DNA from: Candidatus Bathyarchaeota archaeon
Lineage (GTDB): Archaea > Thermoproteota > Bathyarchaeia > Bathyarchaeales > DTEX01
Direction: 5' to 3'
Assembly: GCA_003601695.1 (NCBI GenBank)
Contig: PIYH01000002.1
Span: 1-46,706 of the forward strand
DNA: 46,706 nt
The position numbers and the translations under genes are program-made. The first letter of the stretch is position 1; each line of letters begins with the position of its first letter. Shown here in pieces: positions 26,484 through 36,225 of this stretch. The notes below the pieces were generated by a model that was given only the letters and a program-made list of their open reading frames with translations, searched no databases and was not told the DNA's origin.

Positions 26484-26697
26484 CTAACTCCCTCTCTAAA
26501 TCCCAGATTGAGAAAAAGATTAGAGGATACTTTTAAAGATTCATGAGGCTCATCAGAGGTTTAAGGTTCTCTAGGCTTGCAATTATCTCCTTAATCTTTA
26601 GCTCATGAAATTTTCTTGTCCGCTTCTCTCGAAATATCTATTTCTTTCCTCAATTCCTAATCCTCCGAAATCTACAAAATAATGTCTTTCATCTATT

Positions 26698-28329
26698 TTA
26701 ACGCGTTATTTCATTCAGGCGAGAAACTAACGTTTGTAGCTCCTCGCTGGAAAGCCATCCTTCTTCCGATAGTTCCTGCAAGCCCTTCTTAACTTCTCGA
26801 CGGAAAAACCTCTTCTTAAGCATATTCGTCTTCACACATATCTTCAAAACCCTATCTTCCAGCATGGAATTCTGTTGTATTGAATTTACAAACTCGTTCA
26901 GCAGATTCGTGATTGATGCGGAATATTCTTGCAACATAGATCTTACGGCGTAAGGACGTAATGCACTTTTTATCTTGCTCACTCCTCTCATTGTATTTGC
27001 GGTTGAAGACGGAAAGACTACATATCTCTTCTTTAAGTCTCGAGTATAACATACAAGGAAGAATGGCATGCGCGCTAGCGTTATCCTCCTCTTTCGAAGC
27101 GGATATCCCATCTCTCTTATTTCTTTCAGAGCTAGATTCCTTGCCTCTATCATCCCGTTTATCTGCCCGATTATCCCCGAAGTTAGCTTCTCAAGCGATT
27201 CTATAGCCTCCTGCCTTATCCTTATCTTTGCGTCACGTGCAGCTTCAAGCCTCTTAACCTCCGCCATATACTTTTCAGCCTCAGAAGCATATTCAGACTT
27301 AAAACGGGAGATCTCAGATCTCAGCATGGAGTTTATTTCTTTAATCTTGCCCTCTATCTCCTTAAGCCTTTTACCGATCTGTAAAAGCCTCAGCCGGGAA
27401 GCTTTGAGCTCGCGGTTCCAATACTCCTCTTGCTTTTCATCCCTTCTTTTATGAGCCATGGAAACCTGACTCTTACATTCCTCTATGTAAGTCTTTAGTC
27501 TATCTCTCTCAGCTTGGAGCTCAGCACCCTCTCCTGAGAGAGTCTGTATCTTCCGATCGGTCTCCTCAGATACCTTAAGGATCTTCTCATCATAGATCTT
27601 CCTTATCTCCTCCGTCTTTTTCACTATCTTCGACGTCAGATTGCTGACTTCAGCATCACTCTGTCGCTTAATCTTTTCAATCTCAAGCTTAACTGCACTG
27701 ATGTGTCTCTCGGTTATCTTCATCAGCATCTTTGCTATCCGGCTTAGTCTCTTAACATCATTCTCCAGAGCCTTTTCGAATCTTTGGAGCTCCTCGATGG
27801 ACGACTTAACAGCCGAATAGTCCATAACTAGTGGCAACGTCACTTTCTTCGAGAGATCCTTAGCGCGCTTCGCTCTTGGGAGAATGGAGAAAATATCGCT
27901 CATAAGATCTTTATCCATTATGAGACCTTTAATAAGCTTCTGAGATTTCCCTGAAAACTTCTCGAAGTAGTTTGAGTTATGAGAGAGAAAAGCGGAGTAT
28001 GTCTCTAACTTTCTAGAGCTTCCCTTCATCTCTTGAATGAAGACATTCGAGTCGGGAAGAATGCTGAATGAAATTGTATGGCTTTTGAGATCGAGTCCGT
28101 CAAATAGAAGTGTTCTCCCCCTCCACGGAACAAACCAGAAGGGATAGTGGATCTCTGAAATGAATAACATTTCCTCTGCAGGCTTTTTCGAGATTAAACC
28201 TCCACCCTTATCTCTAGTGAGCTCAGCTAATGAAAAAACCGCGGCTAGCTCCACTCTTCTCTTTAATGGAACCTTCCTATCCTCTGATGGGATCGTGAAG
28301 GGGAACACTGTATTAGTTATACTCATCAC
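26698..28329 (-). CDS. Hypothetical 543-aa tripartite protein (globular N-domain, about 220-aa coiled coil, globular C-domain)
   Basis: This is a long ORF with coding-like composition. The N-domain includes 'IHYPFWFVPWRGRTLLFDGLDL'. A continuous heptad-rich E/K/R segment runs roughly from residue 170 to 400. The C-domain includes 'MPFFLVCYTRDLKKRYVVFP'. No family is recognised. Confidence 0.7.
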   Translation of the reverse strand: MMSITNTVFPFTIPSEDRKVPLKRRVELAAVFSLAELTRDKGGGLISKKPAEEMLFISEIHYPFWFVPWRGRTLLFDGLDLKSHTISFSILPDSNVFIQEMKGSSRKLETYSAFLSHNSNYFEKFSGKSQKLIKGLIMDKDLMSDIFSILPRAKRAKDLSKKVTLPLVMDYSAVKSSIEELQRFEKALENDVKRLSRIAKMLMKITERHISAVKLEIEKIKRQSDAEVSNLTSKIVKKTEEIRKIYDEKILKVSEETDRKIQTLSGEGAELQAERDRLKTYIEECKSQVSMAHKRRDEKQEEYWNRELKASRLRLLQIGKRLKEIEGKIKEINSMLRSEISRFKSEYASEAEKYMAEVKRLEAARDAKIRIRQEAIESLEKLTSGIIGQINGMIEARNLALKEIREMGYPLRKRRITLARMPFFLVCYTRDLKKRYVVFPSSTANTMRGVSKIKSALRPYAVRSMLQEYSASITNLLNEFVNSIQQNSMLEDRVLKICVKTNMLKKRFFRREVKKGLQELSEEGWLSSEELQTLVSRLNEITR

Positions 28330-28439
28330 AAGGACACCAGATCTTTTTCATAGTTAGATAAGCGATTCTTAAATCTTTTTCTCAACTCTTTGAATAATCC
28401 TTTGTTTCACGCGATTATAATTCTTTCTGAGAGACAAAT

Positions 28440-30038
28440 CTAAGATCGCTCCTCAGATATCAATATGCTTGAAAGAGCTATGAAAGCTGGCAGAATCTCG
28501 ATTCTTCCGAGAAGCATGAGAATAATCAGCAAGAATTTATGAATCGAAGAGATCGCTTGGGTTAGGTCTACTAGCATGCTTCCCGTAGTCGAGATCGCTG
28601 AGACGCTTTCAAATAATGCATCTGAAAAGGAGACTCCTAGAACACAAAAGATTAAGGCTGACGCCGCTGAGAACGCTACAAAGAGGAAGATAATAAGGAA
28701 GTTCATTAGTATTTCTGAAAAATCAACGAGCCTATCGTTGATCTTAATTTCAGGTTCTCCGCCTGATGCAAACATTTGAGGCGCCTTAAGCAAAGTCTTC
28801 CCGAGAATATAGAAGCGATAGACTCTTATGCCTCCTCCTACGGAGAAGGAGGATGCGCCTATCAGCATCACTATTATCAGCACTACTTTTCCAGCCTCGC
28901 CAGCCTCTTTAGGATCAATTATGTTCAGCCCAACCGACGCTGATGAACTAAGGACATGCATGAAAGAATCAAATGGATCGATGTGAGTCGCCAAATAATA
29001 AATGATTGTAAAGATTAGGATGATAAGTATGTGGAGCTTAGTCTCGCCAGTTAAGACAGATCTCCACTTAATCTTTAAAATAGAAGAAAGGAATTCCTTC
29101 CATCTTCTTTTAATCAGCATTTTCCAATTGATGCCCAGTATGATCGACAGAATCTTCAAGTGAAATGAAAAACTGAGAGCTGAGATAAGCATCATGAATG
29201 CGATGATTATCCGTTGAGCTAAGGGAAGCATCCTAACGTTAACTATTGTGAGGCCGGTTGTCGAGTATACAGACAGAGTTGTGTGAATAGCTTCAAAGGG
29301 AGACATTCCGAGGAGAAGCAGAAGAACGGAGAAGACAATGGTATAAAAAGTGTAAATTAAGAGAACAACTGCGAATGAGATCTTGTAGTCACCGCCGATC
29401 CGCTCTATTCCTAAGGCCTTACCATATGAAGAAAGCGATAAACCAGGATAGAAAGAAGAAAGTAGAAGAAAGATTATGCCTACTCCTCCGTTCCATTCAG
29501 CTATCGCTCTTGCAAGGATTATGGATCTGGGGAGAATGTGACCTTTTAGAAGCGTGAAGCCTGTTGTTGAGATTGCTGAAGCAGCTTCAAAGAGACTGCT
29601 CAGAAATCGTTCGGAAAAACTTCCCTCAAAGACTCCGAGTTGTAGAAATTGGAGGGAAATAATGAACGTAACGCTGATGTAGTATAAGACGAGCAGTACA
29701 CATGACTGCTTTAGATCAAGCATCTTCGGCTCAAAGAATAACGTTAACAAAAGCCCTAAGAATAGAAGTATGGCGCATGAAAGCGAAATCGCTACTCCCC
29801 CAGTGTATTCTTGAAGATAATACGCGTAAGCGACGGCTGGAGTTAAGAGGAAACCTAGTAATTGAAAGAGAAAACCTAGATTTGCGAGAATAGGATCAAA
29901 GGTTGAGTAGTACAAGTATCTCTTCACTGCACGTCTACGTGAAAGGATAGAGTAGAGAATTGAAGCTCCTAGAAGAATAATCACGATGGCTAATGGAGCT
30001 AACTCATAGAGCTCCGGCATTTCCTTTCTAAGCCTCAT
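28440..30038 (-). CDS. trkH: TrkH/KtrB-family K+ (cation) transporter membrane subunit
   Basis: It has four pore-loop motifs, 'STTGFT', 'STTGLT', 'ASVGLN' and 'STTGSM', within a polytopic membrane protein. Confidence 0.87.
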   Translation of the reverse strand: MRLRKEMPELYELAPLAIVIILLGASILYSILSRRRAVKRYLYYSTFDPILANLGFLFQLLGFLLTPAVAYAYYLQEYTGGVAISLSCAILLFLGLLLTLFFEPKMLDLKQSCVLLVLYYISVTFIISLQFLQLGVFEGSFSERFLSSLFEAASAISTTGFTLLKGHILPRSIILARAIAEWNGGVGIIFLLLSSFYPGLSLSSYGKALGIERIGGDYKISFAVVLLIYTFYTIVFSVLLLLLGMSPFEAIHTTLSVYSTTGLTIVNVRMLPLAQRIIIAFMMLISALSFSFHLKILSIILGINWKMLIKRRWKEFLSSILKIKWRSVLTGETKLHILIILIFTIIYYLATHIDPFDSFMHVLSSSASVGLNIIDPKEAGEAGKVVLIIVMLIGASSFSVGGGIRVYRFYILGKTLLKAPQMFASGGEPEIKINDRLVDFSEILMNFLIIFLFVAFSAASALIFCVLGVSFSDALFESVSAISTTGSMLVDLTQAISSIHKFLLIILMLLGRIEILPAFIALSSILISEERS

Positions 30039-30165
30039 ACATTAATTTGAAAGATTCTTCGCTGTGAAGACATATCAGTCTATACTTCGCATCTTAAATC
30101 TTTAACTGGAACGTATAGATCACGGCATCCACGCGTGGAACAGAAGACAGAGGATCTCTACTTTT

Positions 30166-30687
30166 CTAAAACGATTCGTAATGAACAATCTCGTTAAGCG
30201 AACGCTTAAAAACTGCTCCAGGCTTTACTGCCGGACGGCCTATCGGGATGATTGCCACAGGCCTCACTCCAGACGGAATATTCAATGCACGTCTCACTGC
30301 TTCTTCATCAAATGCCCCAACCCAGCATGCTCCCAGCCTCAGAGCATGAGCTGCGAGGAGAAGGTTCTGAATAGCCGCCGCCGTGTCTTGAATACAGTAG
30401 AGGTTAACTCCACGTCTTCCATAGACCTTCTTGGATCTTTCCTGATCTGCGCAGACAACAATGATGACTGGAGCCTTCTCTATGAACAGCTGGTTTAAAG
30501 CTGCTTTGCTTAGCCTTTCTTTTCTTTTCGGATCTCTAACAACAATGAATATCCATGGTTGAATATTTCCGGCTGAGGGGGCCCATCTAGCTGCATCAAT
30601 AATCTCCTCGATCTCTTCTTCTGAAACTTCCTCTTTTGTGAAGACACGTATGCTTCTCCTAGTCTTGATAGCCTTAAAAATATCCAA
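30166..30687 (-). CDS. Nitroreductase-family (FMN) oxidoreductase
   Basis: It has 'AIKTRRSIRVFTKEEV', 'ARWAPSAGNIQPW' and the typical C-terminal 'P.AIIPIGRPA'. Confidence 0.87.
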   Translation of the reverse strand: MDIFKAIKTRRSIRVFTKEEVSEEEIEEIIDAARWAPSAGNIQPWIFIVVRDPKRKERLSKAALNQLFIEKAPVIIVVCADQERSKKVYGRRGVNLYCIQDTAAAIQNLLLAAHALRLGACWVGAFDEEAVRRALNIPSGVRPVAIIPIGRPAVKPGAVFKRSLNEIVHYESF

Positions 30688-30859
30688 GGATGAAGCACCA
30701 CTTAGGTTTTAATCGCTAATCCTTAAATCTTTTGGCATTCTTCATTATTAAGGACCCTAGGATCCGCTGGACGCGGCTTTAGATAGATATATATTCTTCG
30801 CTTCTAAAAAAGAAAAAGATTACTTTAGATGATAATGCGATTGTTACTGAGGGATATAA

Positions 30860-31990
30860 ATGCTCTTTATAAAGCGTGGCTATCTACTGTTACTCACAGG
30901 AACATTGATAGGCTTCTTATGCTTTTCGATTATCTCCCTGCTTTATTCAGGAATAAGACAGCCTCAGAAGATAAGCGGAATACCGAGCAGAATTGAAATA
31001 GACTTCCTGTACACAAGCGAGAAGCAGGGATGGATCAAAGAGGTAACCCCGAAATTCGAAAAGTGGTTTAAGCAAAGATTTGGAATAGAGATTCATGTTA
31101 ACCAAATAGTGACGGGGTCACATGACACCGTTAATCGAATACTTGACGGAAGCACGAGGCCGACTGTCTGGAGTCCAGCCTCAAGCATATGGATACCATA
31201 CTTAAATGCGAAGTGGCGCAATATAACAGGTAGTAACTATGATATCGCAGTTGAATGGACTCCCATAGTTTTATCGCCTCTAGTGCTTGCTGGATGGAGA
31301 TCAATTTCTGAACATTATCAAGTGAAGGGATTTATAGATCTATACAGGCTGATCCAGAAAGGAGTCGACTTCAAATATGGACATCCTGATCCTCAGCTGA
31401 GTAATGGGGGAATTATGACCGTTATACTCGAGTTTGCTGAAGCAGCTGGAAAGCGACCGGAAGATCTAACAATCGGAGATCTGAAAAATAAGACCGTTAT
31501 ACAGATAGTTAAGGCAATCGAGTCTAAAGCCGTTTATTATGGGAAGAGCACGGGTTTCTTCGGCGCATATGCCGCTGAGAATGGCCCGAATGAAATTAAC
31601 TTCTTTGGGATATATGAAAGTGTGGTTCTTGAGAACTCATTGAAGGCTCTTAAAAAATGGAATGATTCTATAGTTGCCATATATCCTGAAATGGGGACAT
31701 TGATGGCTGATCATCCTTTTGTGATACTGAATGGAAGCTGGGTGACCCCGTGGCAGAGATTTGCAGCTGGACAATATCTTTTCTTCCTACTTTTGCCGGA
31801 GAATCAGGAATTAGCTGAGAAACATGGTTTCAGACCAGCAATCTCAAGTGTTCCCCTCGATGAGGAGATATTCAATCAGTTGAATGGCGTAAAATACGAG
31901 ATAGACGTACCTATTTTGAAGGCTCCGAAGGGAGAAGTTATGGAGGCCATCTTTAAAGCTTGGATTCGCGTAAGGAATATAGGACTGTAG
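30860..31990 (+). CDS. Membrane-anchored ABC-transporter substrate-binding protein (substrate unknown)
   Basis: It has an N-terminal TM anchor ('LLLLTGTLIGFLCFSIISLL'), then a periplasmic-binding-protein-like alternation ('IDFLYTSEKQGWIKE...', 'VWSPASSIW'). It is the first gene of the ABC operon. Confidence 0.65.
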   Translation: MLFIKRGYLLLLTGTLIGFLCFSIISLLYSGIRQPQKISGIPSRIEIDFLYTSEKQGWIKEVTPKFEKWFKQRFGIEIHVNQIVTGSHDTVNRILDGSTRPTVWSPASSIWIPYLNAKWRNITGSNYDIAVEWTPIVLSPLVLAGWRSISEHYQVKGFIDLYRLIQKGVDFKYGHPDPQLSNGGIMTVILEFAEAAGKRPEDLTIGDLKNKTVIQIVKAIESKAVYYGKSTGFFGAYAAENGPNEINFFGIYESVVLENSLKALKKWNDSIVAIYPEMGTLMADHPFVILNGSWVTPWQRFAAGQYLFFLLLPENQELAEKHGFRPAISSVPLDEEIFNQLNGVKYEIDVPILKAPKGEVMEAIFKAWIRVRNIGL

Positions 31991-32001
31991 GAGAAGAGAA
32001 G

Positions 32002-33699
32002 ATGGCCTGGAAAATTATCGGCATTAATCTCTCCGGGATAGTTATCTCATGCACCCTTATTGCTTTCTTAATCTTCGTTGTTCTTCCATCATTCTATCTG
32101 ATATCGTACATCTTTTTGAGATGGGATGAAGTCTGGTATGAGGTCTTCGCAAATCCGATTACTGGAGATGAAAATTGGAGACAAATCATTATGATCCTTC
32201 TATTCTCATTCAAGCTCTCTCTATCAGCTGTCGCTTTCGACCTCGTCTTCGGAGTTCCGCTAGCATATGTGCTTGCGAGGAAAAAGTTTCCCGGAAAGAA
32301 TCTTTTAGAGGATCTCGTAACTCTTCCATTAGTGATTCCCACATCTGGCTTCGGCTTTGCGACGCTAATAACGTGGACTTCCTCATCCGGTTTGAGTAGA
32401 CTATTCGGATCCACCAGGCTCCTATCAATGAATACAGCGATTCCGCTCATTAATGTTCCATTCATCCTCTTCATTGTTCATGTTGCCTTAACTTTTCCCT
32501 ATCTTGTTCGAACAGTAGAGACGAAGATACAATCAATAGAGGAAACTTATGAGATAGCCTCTAGAACTCTTGGAGCAAGCTCCTTAACAACTTTCAGAAA
32601 GGTTCTTCTCCCGCTTTCAATACCCGGGATCTTTTCTGGTTCTGTCTTAGCTTTTGCACGTTCACTTGGAGAGACAGGTGCAACCATTATAGTTTCGGGA
32701 GTGAGCACAACTGCTTCGATAGCGATTGTTAGATGGGCTTCTGAATTTAAGCTCTCTACAGCCGCATTTATGGGAAGCCTTCTCGTTTTAATAGCTTGGA
32801 TAATGATTCTGCCGGTTGAAATCTACGTTAGCAAGAACCGACGCTCTTCGTGGAGACACCTCCACATTCCAACAAATCTTTCAATGAAGATCATAAAGTT
32901 TGAGAGATTTCTTTCTAGGAAACTCTCTATAGTGAAGGATATAGTCCCATTAATCATCGTGGTGATACTTATAATAATTCCGGTAGTGGTTGTCATAAGC
33001 TCCGTCACGCTATACTGGTCAGCGGATCCCTATACAGGAAGAGTTGAGGGAGGAGTTGTCTATCAACTCTTTGGACCGTCACGTTACTTAGATCTGATCC
33101 TCAGAGCAACCCTAACTTCCGTGATTGTTGCCTCCATCTCAACTTATATCGCAACCTGCATATCGATTCCTCTCTCATTTATAATCGAGAGAAGAAGATA
33201 TGGGCATGTGCTTAGAACAATGCTCAAGGTTCCATTGATAATTCCAACATCGTCTTTAGGTCTCTCAGTTTTGCTTCTCTGGGGAGCCTCTGGGCTTTGC
33301 CTCGTCAATTCTGGAATATGGATGATAATTCTCACGCATATAGTCTTCTCCGTTCCAGTTATCGTTGAGTCGATTATAGCAGCATATGAGGGTTCCGGAG
33401 TGCAAATGTATGAAGAAACAGCTCGAACGTTGGGTGCAAATGCATACAGTGCCATCGAAGCTGTTTCCTTACCACTTATAAAGGGAGGAATCTTTACGGG
33501 GTTCATACTTTCATTCACACATTCACTTGGGGAGACGGGTGCAACCCTTATAGTAATGGGGAGGGATACAACTATTCCAGTCTTAGTTGTGAATATGGTT
33601 GAGGCGCTTGCGATACCAGCAGCTCTATTCACTTCAACATACCTAATAGTCCTCTCACTGGTCATGCTCGTAATAATCAGAATTCTCACTCAGGGGTGA
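32002..33699 (+). CDS. Fused double-domain ABC importer permease
   Basis: It has two EAA-type loops, 'ASRTLGASSLTTFRKVLLPLSIPG' and 'TARTLGANAYSAIEAVSLPLIKGG', and about 12 hydrophobic helices. I prefer the ATG at 32002 ('MAWKIIG', preceded by 'ggagaagag') over the ORF-track start at 31960, which overlaps the SBP gene. Confidence 0.85.
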   Translation: MAWKIIGINLSGIVISCTLIAFLIFVVLPSFYLISYIFLRWDEVWYEVFANPITGDENWRQIIMILLFSFKLSLSAVAFDLVFGVPLAYVLARKKFPGKNLLEDLVTLPLVIPTSGFGFATLITWTSSSGLSRLFGSTRLLSMNTAIPLINVPFILFIVHVALTFPYLVRTVETKIQSIEETYEIASRTLGASSLTTFRKVLLPLSIPGIFSGSVLAFARSLGETGATIIVSGVSTTASIAIVRWASEFKLSTAAFMGSLLVLIAWIMILPVEIYVSKNRRSSWRHLHIPTNLSMKIIKFERFLSRKLSIVKDIVPLIIVVILIIIPVVVVISSVTLYWSADPYTGRVEGGVVYQLFGPSRYLDLILRATLTSVIVASISTYIATCISIPLSFIIERRRYGHVLRTMLKVPLIIPTSSLGLSVLLLWGASGLCLVNSGIWMIILTHIVFSVPVIVESIIAAYEGSGVQMYEETARTLGANAYSAIEAVSLPLIKGGIFTGFILSFTHSLGETGATLIVMGRDTTIPVLVVNMVEALAIPAALFTSTYLIVLSLVMLVIIRILTQG

Positions 33700-34811
33700 C
33701 CGTGTTGCCTCTAGTCGAGCTCGTTAACGTGACCAAGAGATTCGGTAAGATCACCGCTTTGAATCGCATAAACCTTTCAGTTGAGGATGGAGAATATCTA
33801 TGCATCCTCGGACCGACTGGGGCAGGTAAGACAACACTTCTGCGTTTGATCGCTGGACTTTTAGAGCCAGATGAAGGTGAAATATACATCGACGGGAGGA
33901 AAGTAAATAAAGTCCCTCCAGAAGAACGAAATGCTGTTTATATGTTCCAGAACTATGCTCTATTCCCTCATATGAACGTCTGGGGGAACGTTTCCTTCGG
34001 TCCGATCATAAAGGAGTGGGATCAGAAGAGAATAAATGACGTTACATCTGAAGTCTTAGAGATGGTTAGACTTGGAGAAAGAAAAAATGCCTACCCACAT
34101 GAGCTAAGTGGAGGAATGCAGCAGAGAGTAGCGCTTGCAAGGGGAATAGCTTCAGGGGCTAGAATACTACTGTTAGATGAGCCGTTCGGCGCATTGGATG
34201 CAAGGCTCAGGGTTAATCTTCGAACACAGCTGAAAAGCCTTGTTAAGGATCAGAGATTAACAGCGATCCACGTCACACATGACCAGGAAGAGGCCTTAAT
34301 GGTATCTGATAGAATAGCCATCCTTCGCGGGGGAAGAATAGAACAAGTAGGCTCTCCACAAGAGATCTACACCAATCCAAAGTCGATATTCACTATAAGC
34401 TTCGTTGGAGGGGCAAACTTCTTCGAAGGAGTAGTTTCAAGAGTGAATAAATTCGGTTCTGAAATAGAGCTTCGAGGTGGTCTCCGCATCCATGTGTCTG
34501 ACCGATCAAGGAATGTGGGTGAGAGAGTTGTGGTTGCCGTTAGGCGTGAACATATCTCTCTGGGGAAAAGCCGCAGAAGGGGATTCAATAATCTCTTAGG
34601 AGAGATAGAGGATGTCATGTTCGTAGGCGGCTCGATGGAGTACATGATTAAACTAGAGAATGATATGACTCTATTCTCTAGGACTCTTCTTAAAGGCTCC
34701 TCAACGCCGCTTCGCAGAGGAGAAATTGTGATAATCTCTTTTCATCCAGGGGAGTGCCGCGTCTTTGAATATCCTAGAAGAGGCCTTCTTAAGGAGATAG
34801 AGGCGATATGA
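33696..34811 (+). CDS. ABC transporter ATP-binding protein with C-terminal TOBE-like domain (paralogue 1)
   Basis: Motifs are 'GPTGAGKTT', 'LSGGMQQRVALAR', 'LLLDEPFGALD' and 'VTHDQEEA'. It has a C-terminal extension of about 130 aa. Confidence 0.9.
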   Translation: MTVLPLVELVNVTKRFGKITALNRINLSVEDGEYLCILGPTGAGKTTLLRLIAGLLEPDEGEIYIDGRKVNKVPPEERNAVYMFQNYALFPHMNVWGNVSFGPIIKEWDQKRINDVTSEVLEMVRLGERKNAYPHELSGGMQQRVALARGIASGARILLLDEPFGALDARLRVNLRTQLKSLVKDQRLTAIHVTHDQEEALMVSDRIAILRGGRIEQVGSPQEIYTNPKSIFTISFVGGANFFEGVVSRVNKFGSEIELRGGLRIHVSDRSRNVGERVVVAVRREHISLGKSRRRGFNNLLGEIEDVMFVGGSMEYMIKLENDMTLFSRTLLKGSSTPLRRGEIVIISFHPGECRVFEYPRRGLLKEIEAI

Positions 34812-35912
34812 ATGCCGGAAGTTAGACTCGTGAATGTCACGAAAAGGTATGGGAGAATACTAGCTAATGATCATGTAAACCTGACAATAAGAGATGGAGA
34901 ATATATCTCTGTGATAGGTCCAAGTGGATGCGGCAAATCCACACTCATAAAGAACATAGCTGGAATAATCGAGCCAGATGAAGGTGAAATATACATTGAC
35001 GGAAAGATAGTTAACAACATTCCAATAGAGGATCGAGGAATCGGATATGTCTTTCAAGATATAGCGTTATTCCCTCATATGAACGTCTGGGAGAATATCA
35101 CTTACGGGCCGGATGTTAAAGGATTCTCACCTGAAGAGACCAAGACGATTGCCCGAGAGATAATTGAGATGATAAAGGTCTCAGCGAGGATTGATGCCTA
35201 TCCGGATGAACTGAGCGGTGGAACGCAGCAGAAAATCGCGGTTGCTAGGGCGCTGATGTCACGTTCGAGCCTAATGCTCCTCGACGAGCCGCTGGGAGCT
35301 CTAGATCTCAAAGTCAGATCAGTTTTACGATATGAGCTCAGGAGAATAGCTAAAGCCTTAGGGATAACCGTTCTCCACGTTACCCACGACCAAGAAGAGG
35401 CCATGTCGATTTCTGATAGGATCGTCGTCATGAGGAAGGGAAGAATAGTTGAATCTGGCAAGCCACTCCAGCTGTACATGAAGCCAAAGAATTTATTCAC
35501 TGCAAATTTTGTAGGTGAAGCTAACTTTCTTGTCGGAAAAATCGAAAAAGTTTCTGAAAAAGGCTTACTTATAGATATTGGAAATGGATTAAAAGTATTC
35601 AGCACGGAAGCTAAGGGAAATATTGGCGACAGAGTTGTGGTTGCTTTTAGGCCGGAATTCATCATACTAAAAGAGAAAATTGATGAAAACGCATTCTTTG
35701 GAGAGATAACTAGAATTGTTTACTCTGGAAGTTTAGTGCGTATAACCGTAGAGACGACGAGTGGAGATGAGATTCTCATTAAGAATCCCCTAAAATTCGG
35801 TGAGCCTCCTCCGGAGACCGGCGAAAAACTAACATTTAGCATTCCGCCAGAGAATGTACTGGTATACCCGTATCCGGAAGCGGGATTACATAAGGAATTA
35901 AGTCTAGAATGA
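34812..35912 (+). CDS. ABC transporter ATP-binding protein with C-terminal TOBE-like domain (paralogue 2)
   Basis: Motifs are 'GPSGCGKST', 'LSGGTQQKIAVAR', 'MLLDEPLGALD' and 'VTHDQEEA'. Its ATG directly abuts the stop codon of paralogue 1. Confidence 0.9.
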   Translation: MPEVRLVNVTKRYGRILANDHVNLTIRDGEYISVIGPSGCGKSTLIKNIAGIIEPDEGEIYIDGKIVNNIPIEDRGIGYVFQDIALFPHMNVWENITYGPDVKGFSPEETKTIAREIIEMIKVSARIDAYPDELSGGTQQKIAVARALMSRSSLMLLDEPLGALDLKVRSVLRYELRRIAKALGITVLHVTHDQEEAMSISDRIVVMRKGRIVESGKPLQLYMKPKNLFTANFVGEANFLVGKIEKVSEKGLLIDIGNGLKVFSTEAKGNIGDRVVVAFRPEFIILKEKIDENAFFGEITRIVYSGSLVRITVETTSGDEILIKNPLKFGEPPPETGEKLTFSIPPENVLVYPYPEAGLHKELSLE

Positions 35913-35978
35913 CCCTTTAGACCGGCTCTTTCATAAAGCTAAAATAGAAATATAACTTTCATAAGTCCTTGAAACCGT

Positions 35979-36022
35979 AAAGGTAGATTTGTACCTTTCG
36001 ACAACGAAGAATCCAGCTTTTT
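35979..36022 (+). terminator. 7-bp hairpin followed by a T5 tract downstream of the ABC operon; possible terminator
   Basis: 'aaaggta' (35979-35985) pairs with 'taccttt' (35992-35998) across a 6-nt loop. A T5 tract lies at 36018-36022. Confidence 0.2.
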
Positions 36023-36225
36023 CCTAAAATTATATGCCTAAAAGACAATTTCTATGCCTTAATTACTTAATTAGGTTAAATAGAATGATTCTGCATATTA
36101 GAGTTATATCTAAAGGTGACGATGGATAAGGGGTATAATAACGGAGTTTTCCGGATAGAGAGTAAACCTTAAAATATAGCTTAGTTCAAAAATCTGAGCG
36201 TAACGATAATGCGGGAGATTAATCC

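Noticed and set aside
31960-32001. ORF-track start (31960) of the permease gene, which overlaps the SBP gene by 31 nt.
   Set aside because: The in-frame ATG at 32002 is preceded by the purine-rich 'ggagaagag' and begins just before the first TM helix, so the upstream 14 codons are probably not translated. This is not certain.
33144-33689. 181-aa ORF on the minus strand inside the permease gene. Similar long antisense ORFs occur at 35198-35665, 12674-13051, 19368-19757, 27068-27454, 32094-32474 and 19811-20191.
   Set aside because: Each lies entirely or largely within a gene on the opposite strand that has clear family motifs. Their products are Ser/Leu/Arg/Ile-rich and low in complexity, as expected from reading purine-rich codons in antisense. 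No motifs were recognised in them.
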